Part shown: positions 25,716-35,697 of the stretch, piece by piece
Position numbering within the stretch: position 1 is the stretch's first letter
Layout: every line of letters begins with the position of its first letter
DNA from: Bacteroidales bacterium
GTDB taxonomy: Bacteria > Bacteroidota > Bacteroidia > Bacteroidales > FEN-979
NCBI GenBank assembly: GCA_035505995.1
Contig: DATJQF010000230.1
Span: forward strand, 194 to 64,193
DNA: 64,000 nt
Direction: 5' to 3'
Notes under the pieces: generated by a model
Seen by the model: only the letters and a program-made list of their open reading frames with translations
Told to the model about the DNA's origin: nothing
Databases searched by the model: none
Position numbers and translations under genes: made by a program

Positions 25716-26567
25716 TTAGTATTCCCAGAGATTCTGCTCGAAGGAGTGCAGGCTTTCCTTGGCCCGTTCCGATTCCAGCATGGCATCCACGCCCAGGGCA
25801 TATTCATTGATCTGCCGGTCGTAGACGTTCTCTTCTTTATAGATATAGCTGTTGAACATCCTTTTCATAAAGACATCGTCATACGACAACCTGCCGGCCG
25901 ATCCGTTCTTGAGGTTGAACTGCTCGCATTTCGCCAGGATGGGCCTGCATTCGGGGAAATAAACCCAGAAGAGAGGCTCGGTTGCACGGAATTCTCCTTT
26001 TTCGTCAAAATTATCCTTAACAGGACAGATGCCTAAAATTCGGACCTCGACAACTGAACGTTGTTTATCGAATACCCAATCTTCCTTTAGACGAAGATAT
26101 TTCACATCTGAGGCATAAAAAGGTTTGGTAATGACCGTATCAAATTCTTCATCCGAATCAGGACGTTTCAGTGTTACTTTCTGAGGCGTTTCAAGCTTAT
26201 CCATCAATTCCTTATAGGTAATCGGGTAAAGGAATTGATCAGAAGTCGGAGAATACGCCGTAATAGTCCCTTCTTTCATGGCATCGAGAATAATCTGCAC
26301 GAAGCTTTTCCATCCATTCTGCGGCTGCACCGGGTAATAGAACGGCTGGTTGATCTTTTCCCGCATATCAATGGTTCTCCAGATTCTCCTGGACCAGACG
26401 ATATCCGCTTCCCGGAGAGGGACGTAAGGGATCGGCTCCATCTGCACGATGGCTTGCTTATCATAAATGCCGTCCCTCGGAGGGCCTTCAAGAACCTGCG
26501 CTGAGGTGTTCAGTTTTACCCCCGTGATGAGCAGGGAGACTAAAACCAGAAAAAGAGCTTTTTTCAT
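25716..26567 (-). CDS. gldN: type IX secretion/gliding motility protein GldN (PorN)
   Basis: 283 aa with a signal peptide, last gene of the gldKLMN array. Sequence is GldN-like and the synteny fits. Confidence 0.85.
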   Translation of the reverse strand: MKKALFLVLVSLLITGVKLNTSAQVLEGPPRDGIYDKQAIVQMEPIPYVPLREADIVWSRRIWRTIDMREKINQPFYYPVQPQNGWKSFVQIILDAMKEGTITAYSPTSDQFLYPITYKELMDKLETPQKVTLKRPDSDEEFDTVITKPFYASDVKYLRLKEDWVFDKQRSVVEVRILGICPVKDNFDEKGEFRATEPLFWVYFPECRPILAKCEQFNLKNGSAGRLSYDDVFMKRMFNSYIYKEENVYDRQINEYALGVDAMLESERAKESLHSFEQNLWEY

Positions 26568-26591
26568 ATTACCTCCTGATAGCTATGATGC

Positions 26592-28190
26592 TTAATTGAT
26601 TTTTAATCCGATGCCGGCGATGGTCCGTTCCCCGTCCGGTCCTTTCACATTGATATCTTCAAACCAGATACGCTTGTTCTTTTTTGCATCCTGGATGATC
26701 TTGAGGATCTCGGGAGTCAATCGGTTTCCGGTTACCTTCATCGGAATGACATCACCCGAGATTTCGGTCACGAATGTGAATGAAGTACATACATAACGCA
26801 GATCGAAGTCAAATCCCACCGGCATTTCCGGGACCAGGTACGGGCTGGCGAGCAGCAGGCTCTTGGAAATGAATCCCTCGCTCTTGCCGCCCACCTTCGC
26901 GATCGGGTCGGGCACTCTTTTCAGGCGGAAGGTCATGCTGCCCATGTTTTTGGATTTTCCTGCAAATACTGCCGAAACGCCGACCACGGCTTCTTTGGTT
27001 CCTTTCGGAAGATCATATACGATCCAGGCTTTCCCTTCCGGACGGATCTTCCCGGCCGAGATGGTCGGGGTGACCCTTTCCGGTCCGCCGGGAACGGAAA
27101 TATCCACCGGGTTCTCCACCCCTATATAAAAGACGTTCATCTTGGTGGGAGAGATCGTCAACCCGGGTTTGGCCACGATGAATTCATCTTTGAAATGAAA
27201 GGTCATGGTATCGCCCATCGGGCTAACAACGCGGATGATCCCCGCGAATTTCTTCAGTCCTTCCGCACCGGATGCAAGTTTCAGCGTGACGACCCCGCCG
27301 GAGCCCTGGATCGGGGTAGCCGACTTGAAATTGGCGGGAAGCAGCGTATCGGACCCGAGCACATAGCGCACATCGGGATTCTGTTTGGTGTCGTAAGCGG
27401 CCACCAGGATCTCCGCCTGGTATTCTTCGCCCATGAACACATAGCTGCTTTTCGGAATCACCTTGGCCTGGATCTCGTCGAATTTCCAGTCTTCCGCGGT
27501 AACGGACGAATAAAGATTGTTCACCACGTCGAATTCCGCATTATAGATCTCCGCCTTGACCTTATTCAGGAGGGTGACATCGGCGGCAAGGATGGTCCGG
27601 TAAAAATTATGCATTTCCCAGTTTTGCTTCCGGCCGTCCGCATCATAGAAGGGACCTTTGGTGTCCAGCCCCATTTTTATCACGCTCCGGTATTGGGGAT
27701 CCACCAGGTCGAGCATCTGCTTGCGGTAATTTTCGATACGTTCCCTCAGCTTTCTGGACTCCCCGGCCGATCCGTCGTGGGAGCTGCCGATCATGTAATT
27801 AGTGGGAAGATCGTAGTTATCTTTTCTTTTCGCATTCCTGAGTATCAGGGTTTTGGCTTCCTCATAAGGAATTCTTTCGGTTTTTTTGATCGCCATGAAT
27901 TTAACGCTGTCCACATAATACGCCATATCTTCCGACAGCTTCTGCGCGATTTTCGCTTTCTCCCAGTAGGGTCCCACTTTATTCGGGTTCAACTGATATT
28001 GCTGCTTGAATCTTGCAAACGTGTTATCGAGTTTCTTGGAGAAGTTCTCATTGGTAGTTTCCATGCTTTCATTCACCACAAGGAACGCATCGAGGATCTG
28101 TTTCGAGACATTCAGTGCAAGTAAGGCCGTAAGCACAAGATACATCATACCGATCATCTTTTGCCTCGGGGTCTCCTTATATCCAGCCAT
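26592..28190 (-). CDS. gldM: type IX secretion/gliding motility protein GldM (PorM)
   Basis: The N-terminus ETPRQKMIGMMYLVLTALLALNVS is the canonical GldM TM helix. 532 aa. Confidence 0.9.
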   Translation of the reverse strand: MAGYKETPRQKMIGMMYLVLTALLALNVSKQILDAFLVVNESMETTNENFSKKLDNTFARFKQQYQLNPNKVGPYWEKAKIAQKLSEDMAYYVDSVKFMAIKKTERIPYEEAKTLILRNAKRKDNYDLPTNYMIGSSHDGSAGESRKLRERIENYRKQMLDLVDPQYRSVIKMGLDTKGPFYDADGRKQNWEMHNFYRTILAADVTLLNKVKAEIYNAEFDVVNNLYSSVTAEDWKFDEIQAKVIPKSSYVFMGEEYQAEILVAAYDTKQNPDVRYVLGSDTLLPANFKSATPIQGSGGVVTLKLASGAEGLKKFAGIIRVVSPMGDTMTFHFKDEFIVAKPGLTISPTKMNVFYIGVENPVDISVPGGPERVTPTISAGKIRPEGKAWIVYDLPKGTKEAVVGVSAVFAGKSKNMGSMTFRLKRVPDPIAKVGGKSEGFISKSLLLASPYLVPEMPVGFDFDLRYVCTSFTFVTEISGDVIPMKVTGNRLTPEILKIIQDAKKNKRIWFEDINVKGPDGERTIAGIGLKIN

Positions 28191-28242
28191 TTAGTATTAG
28201 AATTATAATTGGTTTAACCTGGGATTGATTTGTTCTTATAGT

Positions 28243-29427
28243 TTATTTGAGGTTGACATTCATGGCGGAAAGCATGTTCCCATACACCCGGTTCAGAGCG
28301 GAAATATTCTTTGCCAGTGCGTCCACTTCCTCTTTGAATTTCGCGGTCTTTTCCACAGAGTCATGCAGATTGGAGAGGAAATCATTGATGGTTTCATGCA
28401 TTTTGATGGTCGCTTCCGCCTGTTTTTCGGAACCTTCGATCTGCTGCTCGAACACTTTGTTGAGGATCTCCACGCTGTCCTTGTACCGGGCCGTATTGAC
28501 CACGGAATCCTGCAGGTTGTGGACCAGCTTGTTCATGGCCTCATTTACCTTGTTGGTGGATTCCATCTGGTGGTTTGAGCTTTGCAGGTGCAGTTCATAC
28601 AGGGCGTTCAGGGCCGCCAGGTTCTTGGACACATTCTGCAGGTTCTTATTATAGTTGTTCCCTTCCAGCGCAGAGGAGCTCAGTGTTTCGGAGGTCTTGG
28701 AAAGCAGCTCTGCCGATTCATTATATTTTTCAACGAATTTTTTGGCAGAGGTGGTGGCATTTGCAATGGAGCTGTTAAATTCCTTATTGAGGGAGATTTC
28801 GTCCTTGATGGAATTGGAAGCCTGGAAATAAGCGTCCGAAAGCACGGAAGCATTCTTGGAGATGGATTGCAGGTGTTGCAGGTGTTCCTCGGAAACTGCT
28901 ACATTATGATCCATCGCTTTCGAGGTCTTCTTATAGGATTCATTCAGTACGGAAGCGGATTCGGTGGCCGATTTCATGGTGTTGATGTACTGGTCGTTGG
29001 CCAGGGCTGCATTGCTCACATCCGAAAGCTTGGAGGTGGTTTCGGACAGGTTTCGCAGTCCTTGTCCCAGGTTTTCGATCAGCTCCGGCCCGATCTTGGC
29101 TTCCTCCAGCATTTTATCCAGTTCCTTGGTCACGCTTTCTCCTTCGGTGAGACTGGCCACATCCACGCTTTCGCCATGGTAGATCCCGGCCAGCTGGGGG
29201 TAAACGAGGCTCCAGTCCGGTTCCACATGGGGGGGTTCAAAGGCCGAAAAGAAAAAGATGACGGACTCCGTACCGAGGCCTACGATCAGCATGATATCCG
29301 CACCCCAGTAATGATTGATCTTGAAAAGTGCGCCAATGATCACAACGGAGGCTCCCCATCCGTAAAGTTTGGCCATGAAGTTGCGGTATTTCCTGGACCG
29401 CGCCAATGCAAATAGACCCGTACCCAT
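28243..29427 (-). CDS. gldL: type IX secretion/gliding motility protein GldL (PorL), enlarged
   Basis: Two N-terminal TM helices (FMAKLYGWGASVVIIGALFKI, MLIVGLGTESVIFFFSAFEP) and the conserved C-terminus ALNRVYGNMLSAMN. 394 aa with a long repeat-containing coiled-coil tail. Confidence 0.85.
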   Translation of the reverse strand: MGTGLFALARSRKYRNFMAKLYGWGASVVIIGALFKINHYWGADIMLIVGLGTESVIFFFSAFEPPHVEPDWSLVYPQLAGIYHGESVDVASLTEGESVTKELDKMLEEAKIGPELIENLGQGLRNLSETTSKLSDVSNAALANDQYINTMKSATESASVLNESYKKTSKAMDHNVAVSEEHLQHLQSISKNASVLSDAYFQASNSIKDEISLNKEFNSSIANATTSAKKFVEKYNESAELLSKTSETLSSSALEGNNYNKNLQNVSKNLAALNALYELHLQSSNHQMESTNKVNEAMNKLVHNLQDSVVNTARYKDSVEILNKVFEQQIEGSEKQAEATIKMHETINDFLSNLHDSVEKTAKFKEEVDALAKNISALNRVYGNMLSAMNVNLK

Positions 29428-29500
29428 AGTTTTGAATGATTAAGTATTTGGTTGTTTTAATAAATGAATTATCTGGCTCACGAGAGAGACTGTAACCGTT

Positions 29501-30868
29501 TTATTTGTACACATGAGATGCCCGGGAGGGATTGTCGTCCTTCTGCCGTCCCAGGAAGGTTTGTACACAACGGAACCCGACGTAGCATTTTGCAGAATCC
29601 TGGTATTCGTACGAGCGGCTCGACACGCGAAGGTAGTAGGCGACGTCTTTCCAGGAACCGCCTCGTGTCACTTTACGTTTCATGGCCGGTGGATCCGAAT
29701 CCTTGGCATTGTATTTATAATCGGGATTCAGGTCCCAGGTGAAATTATAGGAAGAGGGATTGAAAGCGGAACTGGTCCATTCCGCCACGTTTCCGGCCAT
29801 ATCATACAGACCGAAATCATTGGCCGGGTAATGCGCCACGATCACCGGCACCGCGCCGCCGTCGTCGATATAATCACCCCGCATCGGCTTGAAGTTCGCC
29901 AGGAAGCAGCCTTTATCATTACGGGTGTACGGACCTCCCCACGGGTAGGGGTTGCCGTCGTTGCCACCCCGGGCTGCCCACTCCCATTCGGCTTCGGTGG
30001 GGAGCCGGTAATCGCTGATGTTCGACTCGCCTTTCTTGCCATACAGGAAGCTGTTCTTCAGCTGGGTCCGCCAGATGCAGAAGGCATTTGCCTGCTTCCA
30101 GGTGATGCCGACTACCGGGTAATTGTCATACGCCGGGTGCCAGAAATATTTTTCCGTCATCGGGTCGTTGAAAGAATATACGTAATCGTGGATCCAGCAG
30201 AGGGTATCGGGATATACGTTGATGACCTCTTTTCTCACATAGACCGAGCGGTCTTTCAGTCCCTGGGGACGGTTCATGAGGCCGGCCTCCTTCGGATCGC
30301 CGGGCTGCGTGAAATCCTTACGGGCGGCTGCTTTCAGATCCACATAGTAATATTCAAAATAAAGCTTGCGGGTATCAATCTCTTTTCTGCGGAAATAGCG
30401 TTCGCTTTCCGGCAGGTACATCTGGGCCAGGGCCGTCTGCGCATCCTGGTTCTGGGAGTTCCAGTCCAGCTTGGCGTTCCAGTTCAGGAACGGGGGATCA
30501 AAGGTTTCCCCGGTTTTCTTGTTTTCCGAAATAAGGTAGGTTGCTTCATCCACTTCGCCCAGCAGTCGGCGGGCAATGGAATCCCTCACCCAGTAAACGA
30601 ATTGCCGGTATTCGTTATTGGTGATCTCCGTCTGGTCCATGTAAAAGGCCTGGATGGTGACTGTCTTGGGGTTGTTCAGCTGGGCATAGGGGACATCCTC
30701 GTCTCCCACCCCCATCGTGAAACTACCCATGGGGATATACACCATCCCGAAGGGTTCCGGTGCATAATATCGCTTCCTGTTTTTTACTCCGGTAAGCTCC
30801 CCGTTTCCTGAGTTTCCGCAGCTTCCCAGGATCAGGAGCAGAGCAAAATAGATGAGCAGTTTTTTCAT
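29501..30868 (-). CDS. gldK: type IX secretion/gliding motility lipoprotein GldK (PorK), SUMF1/FGE-fold
   Basis: MKKLLIYFALLLILGSCG lipobox. The FGE-sulfatase-like core includes RLPTEAEWEWAARGG and RGGSWKD. Track start trimmed by 14 codons. Confidence 0.9.
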   Translation of the reverse strand: MKKLLIYFALLLILGSCGNSGNGELTGVKNRKRYYAPEPFGMVYIPMGSFTMGVGDEDVPYAQLNNPKTVTIQAFYMDQTEITNNEYRQFVYWVRDSIARRLLGEVDEATYLISENKKTGETFDPPFLNWNAKLDWNSQNQDAQTALAQMYLPESERYFRRKEIDTRKLYFEYYYVDLKAAARKDFTQPGDPKEAGLMNRPQGLKDRSVYVRKEVINVYPDTLCWIHDYVYSFNDPMTEKYFWHPAYDNYPVVGITWKQANAFCIWRTQLKNSFLYGKKGESNISDYRLPTEAEWEWAARGGNDGNPYPWGGPYTRNDKGCFLANFKPMRGDYIDDGGAVPVIVAHYPANDFGLYDMAGNVAEWTSSAFNPSSYNFTWDLNPDYKYNAKDSDPPAMKRKVTRGGSWKDVAYYLRVSSRSYEYQDSAKCYVGFRCVQTFLGRQKDDNPSRASHVYK

Positions 30869-30953
30869 TTTCAGGCTGGTTAATGTTAAAAAAATAACGC
30901 TGTTTAACATTTTTTAGTATTCAACCATTTTAATTATTGCGGCGTCAAACTCG

Positions 30954-30961
30954 CAAAGGTA
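30954..30961 (-). promoter_or_regulatory. -7 box TACCTTTG (minus strand), gldKLMN
   Basis: Plus-strand CAAAGGTA; 9 nt after the porP stop and 85 nt upstream of the gldK ATG 30868. Confidence 0.45.
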
Positions 30962-30970
30962 AAAATTTTA

Positions 30971-31954
30971 TTATAAGAACCGTGTGTTACGGTAACTTTT
31001 CCTGAATTTTTCAATTTTAAGCTTGAACAGGTATCCCAGCGTCACTTCCACGCTGCCGTCGTTGTATTTCGACAGGCTGGAAGTGCTGATGTCATAGGAG
31101 ATCCCGACCCGGATGCTCTTGATGTTGATTCCGGCCAGGATCATCACTGCATCCTGGTACCGGTATCCCAATCCGCCCCAGAACTTATTATTATACAGGA
31201 GCAGGGCATCCACGTCGAAGGAAAAGGCGGCCCCGTCATACAGGAACATGGCCGACGGCTGCAATTCGAACAGCGGGTGTCCCGGGATCACCCAGTTATA
31301 TCCGCCGGTCAGGTAATACTGCCTTTTCAGTTTGTAGAAGATCTTTTTCTCCTCGCTCTGCAGGATCTGGTCGGCCGAAAGTCCGACATAAAATTTATCC
31401 GGGATCCTGTAATAGGCGCCCAGGGTCATATCCGCTACCAGCCCGCTGCGCTGGGACTTGTCATCCAGCACGAAATCGCCCGATTCCTGGGCCGGTTTGA
31501 ACTTGGCAAAATCGATTTTGGTATTGATGATATCGGCACCGATCCCGCCCGACAATACTCCCGGACCCACATTCGCCCGGTAGGCATAGCATACCTTGAT
31601 CCCGATATTGCTGAAATAGCCCAGCTTGTCCTGGTAGATGCTCAGGGCGGCACCGCCATGCAGAATCGTGATCGGGGCATCGGCCGTTACCAGGTAGGTT
31701 TGCGGACCGATCTGGTCGCCATCCCCGTCCTTGAACCCGATCCATTGCTGCCTGATCCAGCCGTTCAGGTTGATCCCGTCACTCGATCCCGCATAAGCCG
31801 GGTTGAATTCCATATTATTGAACATGTACTGCGTCATGACAGTATTCTGCTGGGATTTCCCGATGAGCGGCAGCAGTAAAAGAAAAAATCCCCCCCCGAA
31901 AGGAAGCAAATACTTTAACAAGTGGAATTTTCTCTTTTCTTGCAAAAGCATCAA
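30971..31954 (-). CDS. porP: PorP/SprF family type IX secretion system membrane protein
   Basis: 327 aa with YMFNNMEFNPAYAG near the N-terminus, typical of PorP/SprF. Beta-barrel-like and located directly upstream of gldK. Confidence 0.8.
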   Translation of the reverse strand: MMLLQEKRKFHLLKYLLPFGGGFFLLLLPLIGKSQQNTVMTQYMFNNMEFNPAYAGSSDGINLNGWIRQQWIGFKDGDGDQIGPQTYLVTADAPITILHGGAALSIYQDKLGYFSNIGIKVCYAYRANVGPGVLSGGIGADIINTKIDFAKFKPAQESGDFVLDDKSQRSGLVADMTLGAYYRIPDKFYVGLSADQILQSEEKKIFYKLKRQYYLTGGYNWVIPGHPLFELQPSAMFLYDGAAFSFDVDALLLYNNKFWGGLGYRYQDAVMILAGINIKSIRVGISYDISTSSLSKYNDGSVEVTLGYLFKLKIEKFRKSYRNTRFL

Positions 31955-32022
31955 GGTTTGGGTGAGGCAGGTCTAAACAGCGTGCTAAAAGTACTATTTT
32001 TTTAACAACTGCCTTCAAAACG

Positions 32023-32030
32023 CAAAGCTA
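32023..32030 (-). promoter_or_regulatory. -7 box TAGCTTTG (minus strand), porP
   Basis: Plus-strand CAAAGCTA; 68 nt upstream of ATG 31954. Confidence 0.4.
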
Positions 32031-32176
32031 TTCATTAAAATTACTTTCCCCCCAAAGCACCTGATTATTTTTTATCCCGACACCGGGAATTTTTATATCT
32101 CCCGATTATACTTTTTTTCCAGAAAAAAGTTTCAGGGGGAACCCTTGCAAATCCTGTGATAAATCTGACAAAGCAC

Positions 32177-32184
32177 TATATTTG
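32177..32184 (+). promoter_or_regulatory. -7 box TATATTTG, yitT-family gene
   Basis: Exact motif 42 nt upstream of ATG 32227. Confidence 0.5.
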
Positions 32185-32226
32185 CAGCTATCGGAAAAAT
32201 CGTCAAACCCAATTAAAACAGGCTAT

Positions 32227-33123
32227 ATGTCATTTTTTCTCATCAAGGAAAAACCGTTTACCCGCAAATGGTTCCTTTCCTACAGTCTCATCGTGGCAGG
32301 GTCATTTATTCTTGCCGCCGGATTCGTGTTGTTCATCACCCCCTATAAAATAGTGCCCGGAGGGGTTTACGGGATTTCCATCATCCTGCATTATCTTTTC
32401 GGGACGCCGGTCGGCATGGTCGCCCTGGCTTTCGACATCCCCCTCACCCTAATCGGGATCCGCATCCTGGGCCCCCGGTTCGGGTTCAAAACGGTCCTGG
32501 GGTTCTCCCTGACCGCCGTCTTTACCGATGTGCTTACCTATTTCTGGGGCTTTGAGCCGCTGGTGAAAGGGGATGCCTTGCTGTCGTCCGTTTTCGGGGG
32601 AGTGCTGGTCGGCGTTGGTCTCGGACTGATCTTTCGCTCGAAAGCCACATCCGGCGGTTCCGACATTGTCGCGATGATCATCGGGAAATACACCAAGCTC
32701 CCCCTTGGGCTCCTGATGATCTATATCGACTCGGCCATCGTGTTGCTGGGCCTGGTCTTTTTCCACGACTGGAAGATCCCCCTGTATTCCTGGATCGAGA
32801 TCTTCATTGCCGGGAAAGTGATCGATGTGGTGCTGGAAGGGGTCAGCTACGACAAATGCCTTTTTATCATCTCAGAGAAATACGAGGAGATCCGGGAAAA
32901 GATCATCACCAATCTCAACCGGGGAGGCACGTATATCGACGGGAAAGGGATGTACAACCAGGCAGACCGGAAGATCATTTACACGGTGGTGAGCCGGCGC
33001 GAGCTCTTCATCCTCGAGGAATACATCCACCGGATCGATCCCGACGCCTTTCTCACCGTCATGGATGCCACGGAGATCCTCGGGGAAGGATTCAAATCTT
33101 TGAAGGAAAAGCTTTCAGATTAG
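32227..33123 (+). CDS. YitT family membrane protein (DUF2179 C-terminal domain)
   Basis: ITPYKIVPGGVYGISIILHYL and GGSDIVAMII motifs. Start trimmed to MSFFLIKEK, 42 nt after a -7 box. Confidence 0.8.
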   Translation: MSFFLIKEKPFTRKWFLSYSLIVAGSFILAAGFVLFITPYKIVPGGVYGISIILHYLFGTPVGMVALAFDIPLTLIGIRILGPRFGFKTVLGFSLTAVFTDVLTYFWGFEPLVKGDALLSSVFGGVLVGVGLGLIFRSKATSGGSDIVAMIIGKYTKLPLGLLMIYIDSAIVLLGLVFFHDWKIPLYSWIEIFIAGKVIDVVLEGVSYDKCLFIISEKYEEIREKIITNLNRGGTYIDGKGMYNQADRKIIYTVVSRRELFILEEYIHRIDPDAFLTVMDATEILGEGFKSLKEKLSD

Positions 33124-33172
33124 CGGCTCGCAGAACGGATGATCCGACTCGTCGCCCGTTCCGCCGGGGCAG

Positions 33173-34492
33173 CTATTTAAAGAGCCGGATAATATCGTTC
33201 ATATTCGCGAAGATCAGCAACCCGAAAAGGATCACCATCCCCGCGATCTGCGCGTATTCCAGGAACTTTTCTCCCGGCTTCCTCCGGAAGATGATCTCAT
33301 ACAGGAGGAAGATCACATGCCCGCCGTCCAGGGCCGGGATCGGAAGGACATTCAGGATCGCCAGGATGATGGACAGAAAAGCCGTCAGGGACCAGAAGGA
33401 CTGCCAATCCCAGGAGGACGGGAAGATGCTCCCGATCGTGATAAACCCGCCCACCGACTCATATGCTTTTTCCTGGGAAAAGATCAGCTTGATCGACTTC
33501 AGGTAGGAGCCTGCTTCCGCGAAGGCCTTGCTGAATCCGGCGGGGATCGCGGTCAGGACATTAAAGGTATGTTCCTTCAGGACGAAATAATTGTCCAGGC
33601 TCTTGGGATACACGCCGATCTTTCCGTCCCCGGTGACCAGGACCGGTACCCGGAGGGTATCCTTCCCGCGCAGCGCCATGACCTGAATGGTCCGGTTCTT
33701 ATATTTCGGGGTGACCGCCCGGAACTGGTCATAGAACGGCAGCAGGGTATCATTGATCCCGATCAGCCGGTCGTTGACCCTGAGCCCGGCCTTTTCCGCC
33801 GGGGATCCCGTGCTGAATTTCGATACCTCGAACGGGAACCGGATCGCGATGAAATCCGGGGTCCGGGACTTGATCAGCTTGCTGATGTATCCTTTGGGAA
33901 TCACCACCTCTGTGGGAACCCCGTCGCGGATCACCTGGACCGTTTTGGCTTCTTCCAGGATGATCGTTTTCGGGATGGCATAAAAATCCTCTACGGTCTT
34001 ATGGTCCACCGTCACGATCCGGTCGCCGTTGCGCAGCCCCATCTGATAGCCCAGGGAATCGACGGAGATCCCGTATTTCAGTTCCGAGACCGGCACGTAC
34101 TTTTCCCCCCAGACGGACAGCAGGACAATATAGATCACGATGGCCAGGAGCACGTTTACGGTGACGCCCCCCAGCATGATGATCAGCCGCTGCCAGGCCG
34201 GCTTGGAGCGAAACTCCCAGGGTTGCGGAGGCTGCTTCATCTGTTCCCGGTCGAGGGATTCGTCGATCATTCCGGCGATCTTCACGTACCCGCCCATGGG
34301 AAGCCATCCGATGCCATATTCCGTATCCCCTTTCTTGAATTTGAACAGCGAAAACCAGGGATTGAAGAACAGGTAGAACTTTTCCACGCGGGTCTTGAAG
34401 ATCCGGGCGGCAATAAAATGACCGGATTCATGAAAGATGATGAGGATGGATAAGCTCAGCAGCAGCTGTGCGACCTTAATGAGAATCTCCAT
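33173..34492 (-). CDS. rseP: RIP metalloprotease RseP (site-2 protease)
   Basis: HESGHF (HExxH) in TM1, PDZ region and the NxxPxxxLDGG motif (NVLPIPALDGGH). Confidence 0.9.
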   Translation of the reverse strand: MEILIKVAQLLLSLSILIIFHESGHFIAARIFKTRVEKFYLFFNPWFSLFKFKKGDTEYGIGWLPMGGYVKIAGMIDESLDREQMKQPPQPWEFRSKPAWQRLIIMLGGVTVNVLLAIVIYIVLLSVWGEKYVPVSELKYGISVDSLGYQMGLRNGDRIVTVDHKTVEDFYAIPKTIILEEAKTVQVIRDGVPTEVVIPKGYISKLIKSRTPDFIAIRFPFEVSKFSTGSPAEKAGLRVNDRLIGINDTLLPFYDQFRAVTPKYKNRTIQVMALRGKDTLRVPVLVTGDGKIGVYPKSLDNYFVLKEHTFNVLTAIPAGFSKAFAEAGSYLKSIKLIFSQEKAYESVGGFITIGSIFPSSWDWQSFWSLTAFLSIILAILNVLPIPALDGGHVIFLLYEIIFRRKPGEKFLEYAQIAGMVILFGLLIFANMNDIIRLFK

Positions 34493-34517
34493 GCAGCAGT
34501 TTTTAAATGAAAGCTTT

Positions 34518-35687
34518 TCAGCCTGTGGGGTTTGATTTTATAAATTCCCTGGCCCGGATCCGGGCTTCGGAATCGGAAGCGATGTAATCCTCATAGCCCG
34601 GATGCGCGACAAAGGTAACAGAATGCATGCATTTCTCCACCAGCTCCGGCATACCGAGGAAGGTGATGCGGTCCTCCAGGAAGGCCTGCACCGCAATTTC
34701 ATTGGCCGCATTAAGAATACAGGGCATATTGCCATTCTGCTCCAGCGCCTCGTAAGCCAGTCCGAGGTTCCGGAAGACCTGGTGATCGGGCACTTCGAAT
34801 GTCAGCCCGGGAGAGTCCCGGAAGCTGAACCGGGGAAAGCCGGAAGCCAGCCGCCCGGGGTAACCCAGCGCATACTGGATGGGCAGCCTCATATCGGGCA
34901 ACCCCATCTGGGCTTTCATGGAGCCGTCGATGAACTGGACGATGGAATGGATGACGGACTGCGGATGGATCACGACCTCGATCTTCCTCGAATCCAGTCC
35001 GAACAGCCAGTGGGCTTCGATCACCTCCAGCCCTTTGTTCATCAGCGATGCGGAATCGATCGTGACCTTGTTCCCCATTTTCCAGCGGGGATGGTTCAGC
35101 GCCGCTTCTTTCGTCGCTTCCCGGAGATGCTCTATCTTTTTTCCCCGGAAGGGTCCGCCGGATGCCGTGAGGATCAGTTTTTCCACCGACGAGGGATCCT
35201 CTCCTTCCAGGCACTGGAAAATGGCGGAATGCTCTGAATCGACCGGCAGGATCCGCACCCCTTTCGACGCGGCCTCCTTCATCACCAGCTCCCCGGCCAC
35301 CACCAGGGTCTCCTTGTTGGCCAGTGCAATATCCTTCCCGCTGCGGATCGCCCGCAGGGTGGGCTCGAGTCCCGCGAATCCAACCAGCGCATTCAGCACC
35401 AGGTCGATTTCTTCCGATTCCACGATCTGGGCGATCGAGGCCTGGCCGGCAAATACTTTCACCGGAAGCGGATGCAGCGCCTCCCTCACCTTTTCGTAAT
35501 AGCAGTCCTCCCCGATCACCACGGCATTGGGAAGGAATTCCCTGGCCTGGTCGATCAGCAGGTCGCAGCGGGTCTGGGCGGTGAGCACCTCTACGGCAAA
35601 AAGGCTGCTGTGGCTGCGAATAACGTCCAGCGCCTGTGACCCGATGGAGCCGGTGGATCCGAGCAAGGCTATCCGCTTTTTCTGCAT
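34518..35687 (-). CDS. dxr: 1-deoxy-D-xylulose-5-phosphate reductoisomerase
   Basis: LLGSTGSIGSQALDV, LANKETLV, PVDSEHSAIFQCL and NHPRWKMG motifs. Confidence 0.95.
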   Translation of the reverse strand: MQKKRIALLGSTGSIGSQALDVIRSHSSLFAVEVLTAQTRCDLLIDQAREFLPNAVVIGEDCYYEKVREALHPLPVKVFAGQASIAQIVESEEIDLVLNALVGFAGLEPTLRAIRSGKDIALANKETLVVAGELVMKEAASKGVRILPVDSEHSAIFQCLEGEDPSSVEKLILTASGGPFRGKKIEHLREATKEAALNHPRWKMGNKVTIDSASLMNKGLEVIEAHWLFGLDSRKIEVVIHPQSVIHSIVQFIDGSMKAQMGLPDMRLPIQYALGYPGRLASGFPRFSFRDSPGLTFEVPDHQVFRNLGLAYEALEQNGNMPCILNAANEIAVQAFLEDRITFLGMPELVEKCMHSVTFVAHPGYEDYIASDSEARIRAREFIKSNPTG

Positions 35688-35697
35688 GTCCCGCCTG

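Noticed and set aside
25990-26260. An apparently lower-GC patch inside gldN as a sign of a recombination mosaic.
   Set aside because: Hand counts of 60-nt blocks gave about 37-42% GC both in this patch and in another part of gldN. The whole gene is simply less GC-rich than its neighbours, and I cannot support a discrete boundary without a computed sliding window.
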